A DNA stretch of 64,000 nucleotides from the NCBI GenBank assembly GCA_951406725.2, contig OX597821.1, positions 85,808,001 to 85,872,000 on the forward strand, in the 5' to 3' direction. The position numbers were made by a program, and so were the translations under genes. The notes under the pieces are model-generated. The model did not search any database and was not told the origin of the DNA. It worked only from the letters and a program-made list of their open reading frames with translations. The DNA comes from Octopus vulgaris (taxonomy: Eukaryota). How positions within the stretch are numbered: the first letter of the stretch is position 1; every line of letters starts with the position of its first letter. Shown here one piece after another: positions 26,466 to 42,040 of this stretch.

Positions 26466-26832
26466 TGTGTGTATGCATGTGTATGTACAAATACTCACAC
26501 ACACACACACACACACAACACGCATACATAAGATACGCATTTGCATTGTACGAATTTGCATTGCTAATATATTTTGTTTAGAATTTAATTGCATGCACAT
26601 TTAACTTGTATATTTAATTAAATATGTTTTCCTTCACGCATACTACACTTCCAACACACATATCATCGCATCCATGGAAGAACTTAATATATTTTATAGT
26701 TCAACGTCTTTGCACGAATATGCATTTTTAATATGTTTTGTTTACAATTTAATCGCATGCATACTTTATTCCAATAATTTTAATAGCCTACAAGATCTTT
26801 TCTCATACAAGCGTATTTTCTTCATACATTGT

Positions 26833-27160
<328 letters not shown>

Positions 27161-27243
27161 TTATTTCCTGTCACTGTAATACCTTGTCTACACTTTCCAC
27201 TCCATCTCGGTATCAACCTTTCCTTTTATGGTAGTTGTTATAA

Positions 27244-27288
<45 letters not shown>

Positions 27289-28569
27289 GTGTGCGAGTGC
27301 GTGTTATATATGTTCTCTCTTCCTCTTCTTTCTCTCTCTTTCTATATATGTATGTATATATATATATATATATATAAATATATATACATATATATATACA
27401 TATATACATATACATACATACATACATACATACTTACATACATGTATATTGTATATTGCTTTAATTAGTCTATTATTTCATTTTATTAGAAGCTGAGAAA
27501 TTCGAGTTCATTACTCTGAGATTCTTGCTGCCGATGTTTGGACGACAATGAAAAATAGAACATAAAATATATGCTTAAAAAAAGCTTGAATAAAAATATG
27601 ATAATAAGTAGTCAATCTTTAAATTGGTAATGGTGATATTACTGAGCATATATGATCGGAATGAATTAAAAGAGAGATGAGAGAGGTTTTCTTTTATAAA
27701 GTTAACATGAAAAATAAAATAAAATTTTTTAAAAACTTGCAAACGAACATTGATGAAAGACAAGATTTAAAATATATGGATGGTGAAAATAAAAGGAAGT
27801 TATATTAAAAAAAAAATTGGAAAGAAAAAAATTCAAAAAAAAATGAGTATGTATTTAAGAAGGTTCGGTTGAATGGAAGATGTGAGTGTGCGGTATAGTG
27901 AAAGGCGTAAAAGGAAAGTTCAATAATATTTCCTAAAAATTGGCAAATAATAGACAAATACGACAACGAAGAATACTGGACCAGTGATGAGTTCTAAATA
28001 GGGGAAAGACATGAAATAAAATTGCAAAGTAAACCATTAGTAGCGTGTCAGCAAGTAGTTAGTAATTCAGATCTTTTGTAGTGCGAGTGTTCCTTGTAAT
28101 AAAAATGAAAAAAAAAAAAAATTTCCGTCAGGCAGAGATTGTAACATCAGTTTAAACGATGTTACGTTGATAAAGATTCTGGTGATTTGGGCTCTTTTAA
28201 AAACTCGATATAATTCATGAATTTTGTGGAAAAAGCCTCTGTTTAAATACAGGAGTTCATCTTAATAATACTAAATATCTCAGAAATGGTATATTTTATC
28301 TTAATTTTTTTACATACTTGCCTTCATACTTACTTTATGCATTGCAATACGAGGTTTTGTGATATTCGGACCTCTATTTGTTAAAGAAACGATTAACACA
28401 ATTTTGTTTCTTATTTCTTGATGAAGAGAAAAGCATGGCTAAGAAGATAACTTGGAAATAGGTGGCTGTCAAAGGGCAAAATGAATGTGAGCATCTAGAG
28501 ATAAATACAAATAATATTGGCGGAAGAACGAGAGAGAGAGGTAGGGATAAAGAGAACAGAACCAATCTC

Positions 28570-28715
28570 ACTCACTACTTGATTCTACTTTATCGACCCT
28601 GAGTAGTTGCAAGGCATAGTTGACCTCGACTGGATTTGAACTCCGATCGTAGTGAAGTGGAATGATTGCTGCAAGGTATTCAACCCGTCCTGCGAATGAC
28701 TGCCAATTCGCTCTC
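28570..28715 (-). mobile_element. Old SINE family S3
   Basis: tactttatcgaccc...aaggcatagttgacctcgactggatttgaactc...ctgccaattcgc. Confidence 0.7.
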
Positions 28716-28811
28716 CATGTGATTGTATTTAGGACTTTTCGAAAGGCAGTAACAGGGGACTTGGAGAAAGAACAGTGAAACATTTCAGTTTCATTTGCTG
28801 TTAATATGTGT

Positions 28812-29140
28812 ATACATACATACCTGCATACATACATACATACATACATACATACATACATACATACATACATACATACATACATACATACATACATACA
28901 TACATACATACACACATACATACATACATACATACATACATACACACATACATACATACATACATACATACATACACACATACACACATACATACATACA
29001 TACATACATACATACACACATACATACATACATACATACATACATACATACATACATACATACATACATACATACATACATACATACATACATACATACA
29101 TACATACATACATACATACATACATACATACATACATACG
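28812..29140. repeat. (ATAC)n microsatellite
   Basis: Visible run. Confidence 0.98.
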
Positions 29141-29699
29141 CACATACTTGGAAGGGCATACATACATACATATGCATACAGCCACATTTTTATAAACTGC
29201 AGGAATCTCTTAACTCAGAAAAGTCTTGTCGCTTGAACTCCATTAAGAACTTAAATAAATCTCAAAGTGCATAATATATACATACACTTACACATATATA
29301 TATACGCATGCATACATACATGCATGCATATATACATACATACATACATGCATATGTACGTGCGTACATACATATACACACATAAACATATCTGTATGTA
29401 CATGTGTGTGCGTGTATGTAATATATATGTGTATGTAGAAACGTATTCTCACGCACACAGACTAATAAGCTGAAACGCGCGCGCACTCACATATATCTTG
29501 TAATGTTTTGGAAGGGTCGCATTAAACAAAGCCTATAAACACGTTGATCGGTTGTTGTTCACTTCTTGCTTTTTTTTGCTTGATTCTTTTTCTTTTGTAT
29601 TCGTGGGGTGTGTGTTTGTTTTTTGGTTTTATTATGAATCTTCCAGCACGTGGTTTCAGATCAAAATTTCTGCAAAACAAATTCGAAAACAATTTATGC

Positions 29700-30125
29700 A
29701 CATACATACATACATACATACATACATACATACATACATACATACATACATACATACATACATACATACATACATACATACATACATACATACATACATA
29801 CATACATACACACATACATACATACACACACATACATACATACATACATACATGCATACATACATACATACATACATACATACATACATACATACATACA
29901 TACACGCATACATACATACATACATGCATACATACATACATGCATACATACATGCATGCATACATACACACACACATACATTCATACATACATACATACA
30001 TACATACATACATTCATACATACATACATACACACATACACACATACATACATACATACATACATACATACATACATACATACATACATGCATACATACA
30101 TACATACATACATACATACATACGC
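29700..30125. repeat. (ATAC)n microsatellite
   Basis: Visible run. Confidence 0.98.
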
Positions 30126-30729
30126 AAACACACACATACACACGCACACACGCATATATGCATGCACGTACAATTGTCGCTTGCATATGCATATACACCC
30201 CAATCGGCAAAGAAACAATAATGCCAATATACTAAAGGCACAAGAACCGGGAAAGTGGTAAAAGAAACATAATCCAAAGCTCAAATAGAGAAGGAAAAAA
30301 AAAAATGAAAAAGAAAGGAAATAGAGATCAGTCGTTTGTGTCTGAGATAAAAGACTAATTTTTCAAGAATTTGTCAGCAGGGTTGCCCGACCAACTTAAA
30401 AGATAAGACGGGTCACTTACGAAGGGTGGAAATGATAAGCTGCTTCAATACCAACGCTAAAAGGCACCCACCTCACAGACACTCTTAAACCCACCCAACC
30501 ATTTGCAAATTTGTTTTGCTCCGCCCTTTACAAACGCCTCTTTTTAAACCAACTTTTCTTCCGTTTGGTTGTTGCTTCCTTCCTTCCTTCCTTCCTTTCT
30601 TTCATCATTTCGTTCTTTCTTTCTTTTTTTCTTTCTTTTGTTGAGGTATGGATGGTTGTTTGTGGATCTAAATGAGAAAGAATGTAATATGAAGACGAGT
30701 GACGGTAAGAGGTGTTCGAAGACAGTAAG

Positions 30730-31660
30730 CGAGAGAGAGAGAGAGAGACAGAGACAGAGAAAGAGACAGAGAAGGGAGAGAGAGAGAGAAAGGGAGAGAA
30801 AGAAAGAGACAGAGAAGGAAGAGAGAGAGAGAAAGGGAGAGAAAGAAAGAGACAGAGAAGGGAGAGAGAGAGAGAGAAAGGGAGAGAAAGAAAGAGACAG
30901 AGAAGGGAGAGAGAGAGAGAAAGGGAGAGAAAGAAAAAGACAGAGAAGAGAGAGAGAGAAAGGGAGAGAAAGAAAGAGACAGAGAAGGGAGAGAGAGAGA
31001 GAGAAAGGGAGAGAAAGAAAGAGACAGAGAAGGGAGAGAGAGGAAGAAAGAGGAAAAGAGAGAGAGAGAATGAGAGAGATGTGGAGAGAGATAGGGAAGG
31101 AGAAAAGAGGGAGAGAAAGAAGGGAGAGGGAGAGAAAGAAGGGAGAGTGAGAGAAAGAAGGGAGAGGGAGAGAAAGAAACGAAGAAAGAAAGGAACAGCA
31201 TGCATGTGAAAATGAGAAAACTTGTGAAAGAGATATGAAATAAAAGCATATATGTCATAGAAAGAAAGAGACAGCGACAGAGACAGAGGGAGACAGAGAA
31301 AGAGACTCAGAGAGAGAGAGAGAGTTATAAAGAGCATGTGTGAGAAAAAGAACGAGAGAGAGAGAGAGAGAGATAATAGAAGAGGTCTGTGAACTTGAGA
31401 GAGAAAAATAGAAAGAAAAGGAAAAGTGCAAAAAAGAGAAAGAAAGAAAGTGCAAGAAAGAAGGGTAAGTGCAAAGATATATGCGAAAGAAAGCGAGAGA
31501 AGAATGTTTTAAAGAAAGAGGATACGATTCTGAGGAAAGAGATACAGAAAAGAATGCATCTGTGTGACCAAGAAAGAGAGAGAGGAGGAGGGAGAGACAG
31601 ACAGAGGGAGAGAGGGAGAGGAAGAGAGAGAGAGTGAGAGGGGGTGGAGGAGAGAGAAAG
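30730..31660. repeat. Purine-rich tract including a ~38-42-bp minisatellite (aaagggagagaaagaaagagacagagaagg(ga)n), about 7 units at 30760-31045
   Basis: Visible higher-order repeat. Confidence 0.9.
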
Positions 31661-32595
31661 AAACGGAGATAGACATGAATAAACAAAATAACGCTAGATG
31701 AAATAAAAAGAAGGCAAAATTAAAGAAAAGGAATTAAAGGAAGACAAAGAAAAATGGTGTAAAACAAAAAGTTAAAAGAAACAGAAACAAAAAGAAGAGA
31801 AAAGAAAGAAATACAACGAAACGATAAAGATAACGAGAGAGACCGGAAGTTCATCCAACGATAACGGAGAATGGCGGAGAGGGATTTGTCTGCTGCGCGT
31901 TTGGGTTGCAGTGGCGCAAAGAAGAATGGGTGAGAGGTGATCGAATAATTTCTTATATTATTAGTGAAATCCGACAAACGATCTCTATTCAGATGATTCC
32001 TAATCAAAATGTTTTGGCCTTCTAATCTGTGAGACGGCTGCCAATCACATTGTAAATGGGTTCACAAAGCAGCATCAAGTGATATAATGGGGCAGATAAT
32101 ATGGACGCTTCTGATATGCTGATTAATCGCTATTAAAACAATAATTTGCACCAACATTTGGGATTAGAGGAGGAAAAAATAAATAAATCAAGTAAATACA
32201 ACGAAAATAAACGAAGAAGAGAAAAAAAAAGAAGAAGCGAAGAATAAAAGGCTTTTATTCGATTTTTGCTTCGTTTTCTATCCGCATTTTTTTTTTTCAT
32301 TTTTCCTTTTGATTTGACGATGGCGGTGATGATGGAAGTGCGGACATGGTGGCGATAGTGGTGGTGGTAGTGGTGGTGGTGGTGGTGGTGTTGGTGTTGG
32401 TGTTGGTGGTGGTAGTGGTGGTGGTGGTGTTAGTGGAGTTGTGGTGAGTAGTGTGGCTCCAATGAAAGACATTCCAACCATGACCATATCGGATTTTTTT
32501 CCTGTTTTTTTTTTTCAATAATAGTGTACCTCGAACTACATTATCCCATAAACCTTTATTTTGTGCGATATACATACATACATACATACATACAT

Positions 32596-32762
<167 letters not shown>

Positions 32763-32764
32763 TC

Positions 32765-33421
32765 ATCCCATAAATAATGCAGTTTTTTTTAAGTGGGGGG
32801 AACTAAAAGTCGGCAGGGGACGAGATAAAATACCTGCATCAACTTGCTATAAAAGCAGGTAGTAATTTTACCTTGTCCTTATTCTTAGTGCTTGTTTTGA
32901 AAAGTGCAGTTCTATTTTAGCAGTTATTTTTTTCAAAACTATAATGGAAGTGACAAAGGAGCATATTCGGCATATTTTGCTGTGTGACTTCAATAAGGGC
33001 AACAACGAAACGGAAAGTACGAGGAATATTAATGCAGTGTATGGGGATCGGACAATAAGCGTAAGCCAGTGTCAACGGTGGTTCCAGAAATTCCGAGCCA
33101 AAAACTACAGCCTAGAAGACGAGCCTCGTCTTGGGAGATCTGTAGAACTTAACGAGTACGTCCTGCAAACCCTGGTGGAACAAAATCCCATCGTAACTGT
33201 TGAGGAACTAGCAGAGAAGCTTGGATTTGCTAATTCAGCCATTCATCGACACCCGCGTGCCATCAGTAAAGTTAGCAAATTGGATCAATGCTTTCCTCAA
33301 GTCAAGTCGCGTGCAGAGAGTGAATGTGTGCTCTTCTTTGCTGTCACATCTCACGAATGAACCTTCTTTAGACCGAATAATGACAATTGACGAGAAATGG
33401 GTTCTTTATAAAAGTGTCAAG
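32765..33421 (+). pseudogene. Mariner transposase 5' half
   Basis: ORF from 32944: MEVTKEHIRHILL...WFQKFR...SLEDEPRLGR, then frameshifted LDRIMTIDEKWVLY. Truncated by an H3 element. Confidence 0.9.
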
Positions 33422-33600
33422 GGATCTAATGCGCTTAGCTTAGTTTTTCCTTGGGGCTGGCCAGATCGGAGCTATCTCAGGATTGGTCGGCCGAGGTTGC
33501 AGGGATGATCCGGTTCTTGACTGAAGATTGAAGGCTTCGAATGTCCCGTCCGTGTTTTTTGTATCGTCTTCTAAATGTTTTACGTTCTTGTCCCAGTTTG

Positions 33601-33607
<7 letters not shown>
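33422..33607 (+). mobile_element. Short (TA)n-associated element family H3a
   Basis: gatccggttcttgaCTGAAGA...gtcccgtc...gtatcgtc...cgttcttgtccca. Homologues at 43577 (-), 21955-21995 and 50872-50920. Confidence 0.75.
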
Positions 33608-33652
<45 letters not shown>

Positions 33653-33653
<1 letters not shown>

Positions 33654-33700
33654 TAACTTAAAAGCCGCACTCTGTGCGGACTTTTAGGCTAGCTCCTGCG
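33653..33700 (-). mobile_element. Possible Helitron 3' terminus
   Basis: Minus strand has hairpin ccgcac-aga-gtgcgg followed by TTAG|T (canonical end is CTAG). Confidence 0.4.
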
Positions 33701-34147
33701 GCCCAAACCTAATGAGAGCTAAACAGCATGACTATAATACGTCTATAATGACTATATGCCCCGGTGGTGTTTGATCAGAGGTTAAGGACGGATGAGAATT
33801 AATTCTGTAATGTTCCAGTCCAAATTTGAATTCCAGCTGTTGACCAATTTGTCCCAAAGTTCTTATTTCGACGTAAAATTACCGAAGCGAATGTCATTTA
33901 TCTCCCCCGTCGATCTCTGACGTCATCTAACAAACGCCAGACAAGACGGTACGAATAAGCTTTACCTGCTAGAAATAGCAACCCAAATGCTTTTAAATCA
34001 GATCCCAATACTGAATGTTCAGGAACCAAATGAAGAGCAGATTTTCAATCCCGAAGTCATCCTGATTTCAAAAAGGTATAATATGTCTTTGTAAAGCAAA
34101 TGTAAATTGGAATACAGGGATCGCAGACGTACAGACAGAATTTCGCT

Positions 34148-34578
<431 letters not shown>

Positions 34579-34600
34579 TATATATATATATATATATATA

Positions 34601-34754
34601 GTTAAAATTTACAGAAAACAAAAGACGAAAACAGGTGTAGAGACAACATGCAGGTGTATTAGTTTAACGTTCGGGAAGATGAGAAAGTCTTTTACGTATC
34701 GAGCCTACGCTCATCGACAAAAATGATTAAGAGGAAAAAATGGTGAAAGAATGC
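34601..34754 (-). mobile_element. (TA)n-flanked element family H2 (hammerhead relic at 34688-34726)
   Basis: Minus strand: ttgtcga-t-GAGC-gtag-GCTC-gata-CG-TA-aaaga. Downstream sequence matches 25945-26035. Confidence 0.7.
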
Positions 34755-34778
34755 TATATATATATATACACACGCACA

Positions 34779-34821
<43 letters not shown>

Positions 34822-35221
34822 GAGAGATTTAAAAGCACGGCTGAATACAGAAAAGGTGTGAAAAGTTACAGAAAAGAGATGCTGTTTCGATCAGGAAACT
34901 TGTTTCCAATCAATCCGTAAAGATGCTGTTTTATGTAATCTTTACACTCAGTACAACATCATATGACAGACTACTGACGGCTGCCGGAAAAATTTAGCTG
35001 TATCGTAAACGGAGTGGAAAATTTTTTATTTTATAGAACTATCGGAAGTGTACCATTGTCTTATTGATAAAGTGAAGAAAGTTTTCCAAAATTCAAACTG
35101 GCTTTAGTTATTACAAACAGATGTGTGTCTTGTTGACAAGAGTTATGTTGCTATTGTTGAAGTTATTTAATTGTAGATAAATGCAGAACCGGAAGATCTC
35201 TGATCAAAGACATTTCAATCA

Positions 35222-35662
35222 TAATATATTCGTCCTTTTTCTTTTTCCTAACTGATATACTATATCTTTACAGATTAAAGAGGCGGCCAGAAGATCGATA
35301 CCTGACATATATTTCCAGAGAGCTAACCTTAGCAAGAGCATAAGTAAAAGCAGCAGCAAAGTACAAAGAAAAGAGTGTTGGAGCAAGGATGTCACCCTGC
35401 TTGACATCATTCTCTACAGGAATGGGTCCCGCCATGCCACCACCAGCATTGACCCAAGCCTCCATCCCATCATGAAATGATTTAATTATGGATGCAAAAT
35501 GATCCGGACGTCCAAGTTTGCCAAGTATTTTCCATAGCAAGACCCTTTTCACAGTATCAAAGGCCTTGGTTAAATCAATGAATACCTAGACAAGATCCAT
35601 ATTCTGCTCATAGCACTTTTCCTGTATCTGTCTTGCTGTGAAAATCATATCCATTGTCCCTA
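35222..35662 (-). pseudogene. RTE-clade reverse transcriptase fragment
   Basis: TMDMIFTARQIQEKCYEQN...FIDLTKAFDTV...FHDGM...VKQGDILAPTLFSLYF, homologous to 46780-47080. Confidence 0.9.
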
Positions 35663-35768
<106 letters not shown>

Positions 35769-35777
35769 GTTTCCCAA

Positions 35778-36186
35778 TTATGTGGTCTAGGGTTCAGTCC
35801 CAGTATTCGGCACGTTGATCAAGTGCCTTTTTACTATAGCCCCAGGTCGACCAAAGCCTTGTGAGTGGATTTGGTTGACTAAAACTAAAAGGAGACCATC
35901 GTACACACACGCACACACACATACACATACACGCATATGTATGTATATGTGTGTGTGTGTGTGTGTGTGCCTTCCTTTGTGTTTGTCCCATACCACTGTT
36001 TGGCAACCAACGTTTGTTTTGCTAACGTTCCCGTAACTTAGCAGTTTGGGAAGAAGAGTCCGATAAAATGACTACTTCACTTAGAAGTAAGTATTGGAAC
36101 CGGTTTTTCTCCGACTAAATTCCTCAAAGTACTATCCTTACTACAGCTGTGGTCTAAAGACTGAAACAACTAAGAAGTAAAAGAGT
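35778..36186 (+). mobile_element. SINE family S1 (older copy)
   Basis: gggttcagtccc...ccaaagccttgtgagtggatttgg...actgaaacaactaagaagtaaaagag. Confidence 0.85.
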
Positions 36187-36250
36187 ATATATTAATATAT
36201 ATATCAGTTAGAAATGTCTTTTTATTGTGTTATTTCTATATTATATTTAA

Positions 36251-36658
36251 GGCGCAGGAGTGGCTGTGTGGTAAAGAAGCTTGCTTCCCAATCACATGGT
36301 TCCGGGTTCAGTCCCACTGCGTGGTGCCTTGGTCAAGTGTCTTCTGCTATAGCCTCGGGCCGACCAAAGCCTTGTGAGTGGATTTGATAGATGGAAACTG
36401 AAAGAAGCCCGTAGTATATATATGTGTATATAATATGTATTTGTGTGTCTGTGATTGCCTCCCCCCTCCAATCATCTCTTGACAACCGATGCTGGTGTGT
36501 TTACGTCCCCCGTAACTTAGCGTTTCGGCAAAAGGGACCGATAGAATAGGTACTAAACTTACAAAGAATAAGTCGTGGGGTTGATTCCTTTGGCTAAAGG
36601 CGATCTTACAGCATGGCCGCAGTCAAATGATTGAAACAAGTAAAAGAAAAAAAGAGTA
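36251..36658 (+). mobile_element. SINE family S1, full-length
   Basis: High identity to 7587-7993. Confidence 0.92.
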
Positions 36659-36747
36659 AGAAAGTAAGTACGTACACACACACATATATTTATATCATGC
36701 TTGTGTGTACATATATATATGTGTATATATATATATGTATGCATATA

Positions 36748-36779
<32 letters not shown>

Positions 36780-37172
36780 GGCGCAGGAGGGGCTGTGTGG
36801 TAAGTAGCTTGCTTACGAACCACATGGTTCTGGGTTCAGTCCCACTGCGTGTCTTCTACTATAGCCTCGGGCCGACCAAAGCCTTGTGAGTGGATTTGGT
36901 AGACGGAAACTGAAAGAAGCCCGTCGTATATATGTATATATGTGTATGTGTGCGTGTATGTTTGTGTGTCTGTGTTTGTCCCATCCAACATCGCTTGACA
37001 ACCGATGCTGGTGTGTTTATGTCCCCGTAACTTAGCGGTTCGGCAAAAGAGACCGATAGAATAAGTACTTGGCTTACAAAGAATAAGTCCCGGGGTCGAT
37101 TTGCTCGACTAAAGGCGGTGCTCCAGCATGGCCGCAGTCAAATGACTGAAACAAGTAAAAGAGTAAAAGAGT
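36780..37172 (+). mobile_element. SINE family S1, full-length
   Basis: High identity to 7587-7993; inserted in (TA)n. Confidence 0.92.
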
Positions 37173-37709
37173 ATATGTATGCATATATATGTATATATAT
37201 ATACATACACACAAGCATGCACACGTACACATGCATGTATGTATGTATGTATGTATGTATGTATGTATGTATGCATAGATGCATTTATGTATCTAACGTA
37301 TGCACCTCATTCTCTATCGCCTCACATGCTATACAAAACGTAAATAAAGCGATAAACTACGCCTTCCTTGTATCTGGGAAATCGTTATTTCTGCTGCACG
37401 ACGTTGTTAAGTGCTTGGGAAAGAACAGGTGACTTGTAGAATGTTACCAGCTGAAGTATCATCTGAGAAGCGGTAGAGGGCGCCAGCTGGTGCACTTAAG
37501 TTACACACACGCTGCACTCCAATCACATATTACTGAGCAACTAACAGGTTGACGAACGAAGAGGTGTGGCTGTACGCGATTAGGAGAACGTTTTATGTAC
37601 ACATACAAATACACACGCACACATACACACAGATACACAGACACAACGAAAAACACTTGGATAATGCATGCATACACACACACACATACACATATACACA
37701 CACATATAC

Positions 37710-38178
<469 letters not shown>

Positions 38179-38214
38179 TATATATATATATATATATATA
38201 ATATGAGTGGTTAA

Positions 38215-38960
38215 TTCGCAATTTTACAGCCTAAAGGCAGAAATATACGTCACTAAACATACGTCACTCTCTTACACACACACAAATCTAGTAGTAAATA
38301 CTTGTGGCCTTTCTGGCTAAGGACAGTGGCTGTGGAATTATTTTTAGCAATGGGGTTATGGTTGTGTAAGTAGTCGTGAATGGAGAAACTAGTTGAATGT
38401 TAAATTATTTAGTAGATATAGAGGGGTATGTGTCATCGATCATGGAGGTTTGCATGTGGGTGTTATTCGTGGGGGTGGGGTGAATTTGCATTTCGATTTA
38501 TGGAAGAATTTAAAAGTGCGGAATAATTTGTGTTTACACGTTGAGAAGGCTTCGTTGTGTTTATTAAGCAATTATGGTGAGTTATGGGATAAACTTTTGA
38601 GAGCATCTTTTAAGCAAAGTCCACAAATGGAGTGCTAGCTCTGATATGGGATACCAGAGTCTATCATAGCCCAAGAAAGTCTATATTGTATTTTCCCATA
38701 AATTAGATGGCGTACCGTGGCTGGCTAGTGATGTGGAATTGCTATTCTCTTTATATTTAAACGAGTTTAAATGTGCATAATATTTTTGTTTAAAATTTGT
38801 GGTAGATCCAATGTAGTAGCTATATGAGTTATTTACTATGTTGTGAACAGTGCATTGGTATAAGATGTTGAATCTTCTGCAATGGGACTGCAACGAGCAG
38901 TGTGTCTCCGAACTGCAGTTGCCGCTATCAGTTCTACGATGGTTAATTGGAGAGAGATGA
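38215..38960 (-). pseudogene. Penelope-like element (Neptune-type) GIY-YIG C-terminus and 3' region
   Basis: NILYQCTV...YYIGSTTNFKQKYYAHLNSF...STSLASH...CGLCLK...LLNKHNEAFSTCKH. GIY-YIG domain with CxLC and LLNK motifs. Confidence 0.85.
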
Positions 38961-39061
38961 GGTGGTGTTGATAGCGGCTATGGTAGTATTAGGTGAATCG
39001 TTCGTGATATTGTTGTTATCATTGCTGTCATTTCTACTATCAATATCAACACCAGCGTTAC

Positions 39062-39145
<84 letters not shown>

Positions 39146-39178
39146 CATTATTATTATTGTTATTGTTATCGGCATCGC

Positions 39179-39236
<58 letters not shown>

Positions 39237-39238
<2 letters not shown>

Positions 39239-39336
39239 GGTGTACCCTTATCAGACGGGTAGTCGTGATGGGTATATTGGGCTTCGTATATTTTACCCCA
39301 GTGTCACTTTGATGGCATGCACTCCTCTCTCACTCA
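39237..39336 (+). mobile_element. 3' end of an (AAT)n-associated repeat family
   Basis: Reverse complement of 63826-63921. Both copies end ...ctctctcactc(aat)n; this copy has (AAT)n on both sides. Confidence 0.85.
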
Positions 39337-39349
39337 ATAATAATAATAA

Positions 39350-39680
39350 CGGACCTACATACACTGGAAGCTATGCCAACACTATGGAATAACAACAGAA
39401 AAAAGATGGTCTAAGCTCACAGAAAAGGTCACAGAAAATCAGAAAGCAACCATACTATGGAATATGCCAATACACACAGACAGAGAAATTAAGAATAATA
39501 GGCCAGATATAGTTGTCAGGGATCATGAAGAAAAATGCTTCCTAATTGATGTATGAATACCAACAGATGACAACGTTTCTCTAAAAGAAATGGGGAAACT
39601 TTCAAAAACAAAGGCCTGGAAATAGAGGTAACTCGAATGTGGAAACAATTCCTATGATAGTGGGTTATTTGGGTTATTCC
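39350..39680 (+). mobile_element. Fragment of the same R4/Dong-type element as 497-1290
   Basis: cactggaagctatgccaacactatggaataacaac...aataggccagatatagttgtcagggatca matches 750-1070. Begins directly after (AAT)n. Confidence 0.88.
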
Positions 39681-39809
39681 AGAAACAACTGTAAGAATTT
39701 GAAATTTTTTCAAATAATTATATAATTGTATATGACTTGAGATGTTTGTTTTGCCTTAACGTTTGTTGTCCTCTTTAACTATTATATATATATATATGTG
39801 TGTGTGTTC

Positions 39810-40019
39810 AAAATGTGACCACGTGTGTACCGTTGGCGATTTTTTTCCTCTGTCTTCCCTTCTCTGGATCTTTCCTTCTCCTATGTTTCCGACGAAGAGC
39901 TCCGCTCGAAACATTAAACCTTCCTTCTTTCCTTCTTTCCTGAGCGTCCAATAATACTATATTTGTTCCACGTCCTCGCGTTGTTGAGTTTTTTTTTCTG
40001 CTTTCTTGTTTGGATTAAC

Positions 40020-40020
<1 letters not shown>
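39810..40020 (+). mobile_element. Element family H2 with minimal hammerhead motif at 39885-39919
   Basis: gttt-CCGACGA-a-GAGC-tcc-GCTC-GAAA-ca-TT-aaac, followed by ttcctgagcgtccaataatac and then (TA)n. Confidence 0.7.
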
Positions 40021-40086
<66 letters not shown>

Positions 40087-40536
40087 ATGTGTATGTGTGT
40101 ACACAATCATATTCATGCGTGTATGGATGCGTATATGTATACATGTATGTATTTATGGATATATGGATGAATGGATGGATATTTGTACGTATATATATAT
40201 ACATGTATGTAAGTATGCATGCATGTATGGTTGCACGTGTACATGCATGTATGCATGAAGTTGTCAGAAACTGGTAATAAAGTACCAATTAAACAAGTTA
40301 TGGCATTGAATATTTAATCAATGACAACAGATCTTGATTGAGCTCTTTAATTCCCCGCCTTTCATGTCCTCTTCTTTCTTCTCTCCCACACACTCAATGC
40401 CGCTTGACGGACTAACAGAAGATCATAAACGTTCATAGTAAACATAGATAAGCTTTAGTGTTTAGATGAATGCGTGTGAGTGTGCGTGTATGTATGTATG
40501 CTTGCATGCGTGCATATATATGTATTTGCACTCCCT

Positions 40537-40567
<31 letters not shown>

Positions 40568-40588
40568 GCACACTCACACATACATATG

Positions 40589-40641
<53 letters not shown>

Positions 40642-40746
40642 GTATGCATGTATGTATGTGTGTGTGTAGAAAGTGTTCCAGTCGAAAAAAATCGATCTCA
40701 ATATCTATTGTGTTTTTTAAAGCTTAGTACTTCTTCTATATATATA

Positions 40747-41290
<544 letters not shown>

Positions 41291-41427
41291 TGTATGTATG
41301 TATGTATGTATGTATGTATGTATGTATGTATGTATGTATGTATGTATGTATGTATGTATGTATGTATGTATGTATGTATGTATGTATGTATGTATGTATA
41401 TATATGAGAGAGAGAGGGGGAAGAGGG

Positions 41428-41565
41428 AAGTAATGCTTTTCGCCACACCAACATGGCTGTTCGACGTTACTAAACGTCAAGATTTTTAGCCCCAAGAGGC
41501 CCATATGGGGTTAAAAACCGTGGTAACGTCGAACAGCCATATTGATGTGACGATAAACAATACTT
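41428..41565. repeat. Imperfect palindrome (MITE-like)
   Basis: tcgccacaccaacatggctgttcgacgttac / gtaacgtcgaacagccatattgatgtgacga, with inner tttttagccc / gggttaaaaa. Confidence 0.8.
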
Positions 41566-41786
41566 TTCAGTATAGCTACTACTTTCACCTCTTACAGAGA
41601 TTTTCTAACAAGCTATTTTACTTGTTTCATATATATATGTATTAAAATAACAAGAATGGACATCTCAGTTTTATGCAACAAGCGTTTCCGTAGCGTGATC
41701 ATTTATTCAATAATGCATAATATTACGTAAGCTAACATTATTACACCACACCACCATTTCATCAGGCAGGGTTATTTTGTTCCCCA

Positions 41787-41842
<56 letters not shown>

Positions 41843-41949
41843 TATATATATGTATGTATATACATATATTTCCCATTGGAGACTCAATTTCTTTTTAATT
41901 ATCACTTTATGCTTGTACTTTGTGTCTGTATTCGCTTCGAATTTAACTC

Positions 41950-42040
<91 letters not shown>

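Noticed and set aside
30760-31045. CRISPR-like repeat-spacer array
   Set aside because: The spacers are only variable (GA)n, the context is eukaryotic and there are no cas genes.
32944-33360. Domesticated SETMAR-like gene
   Set aside because: It is a frameshifted, truncated mariner transposase with no SET domain.
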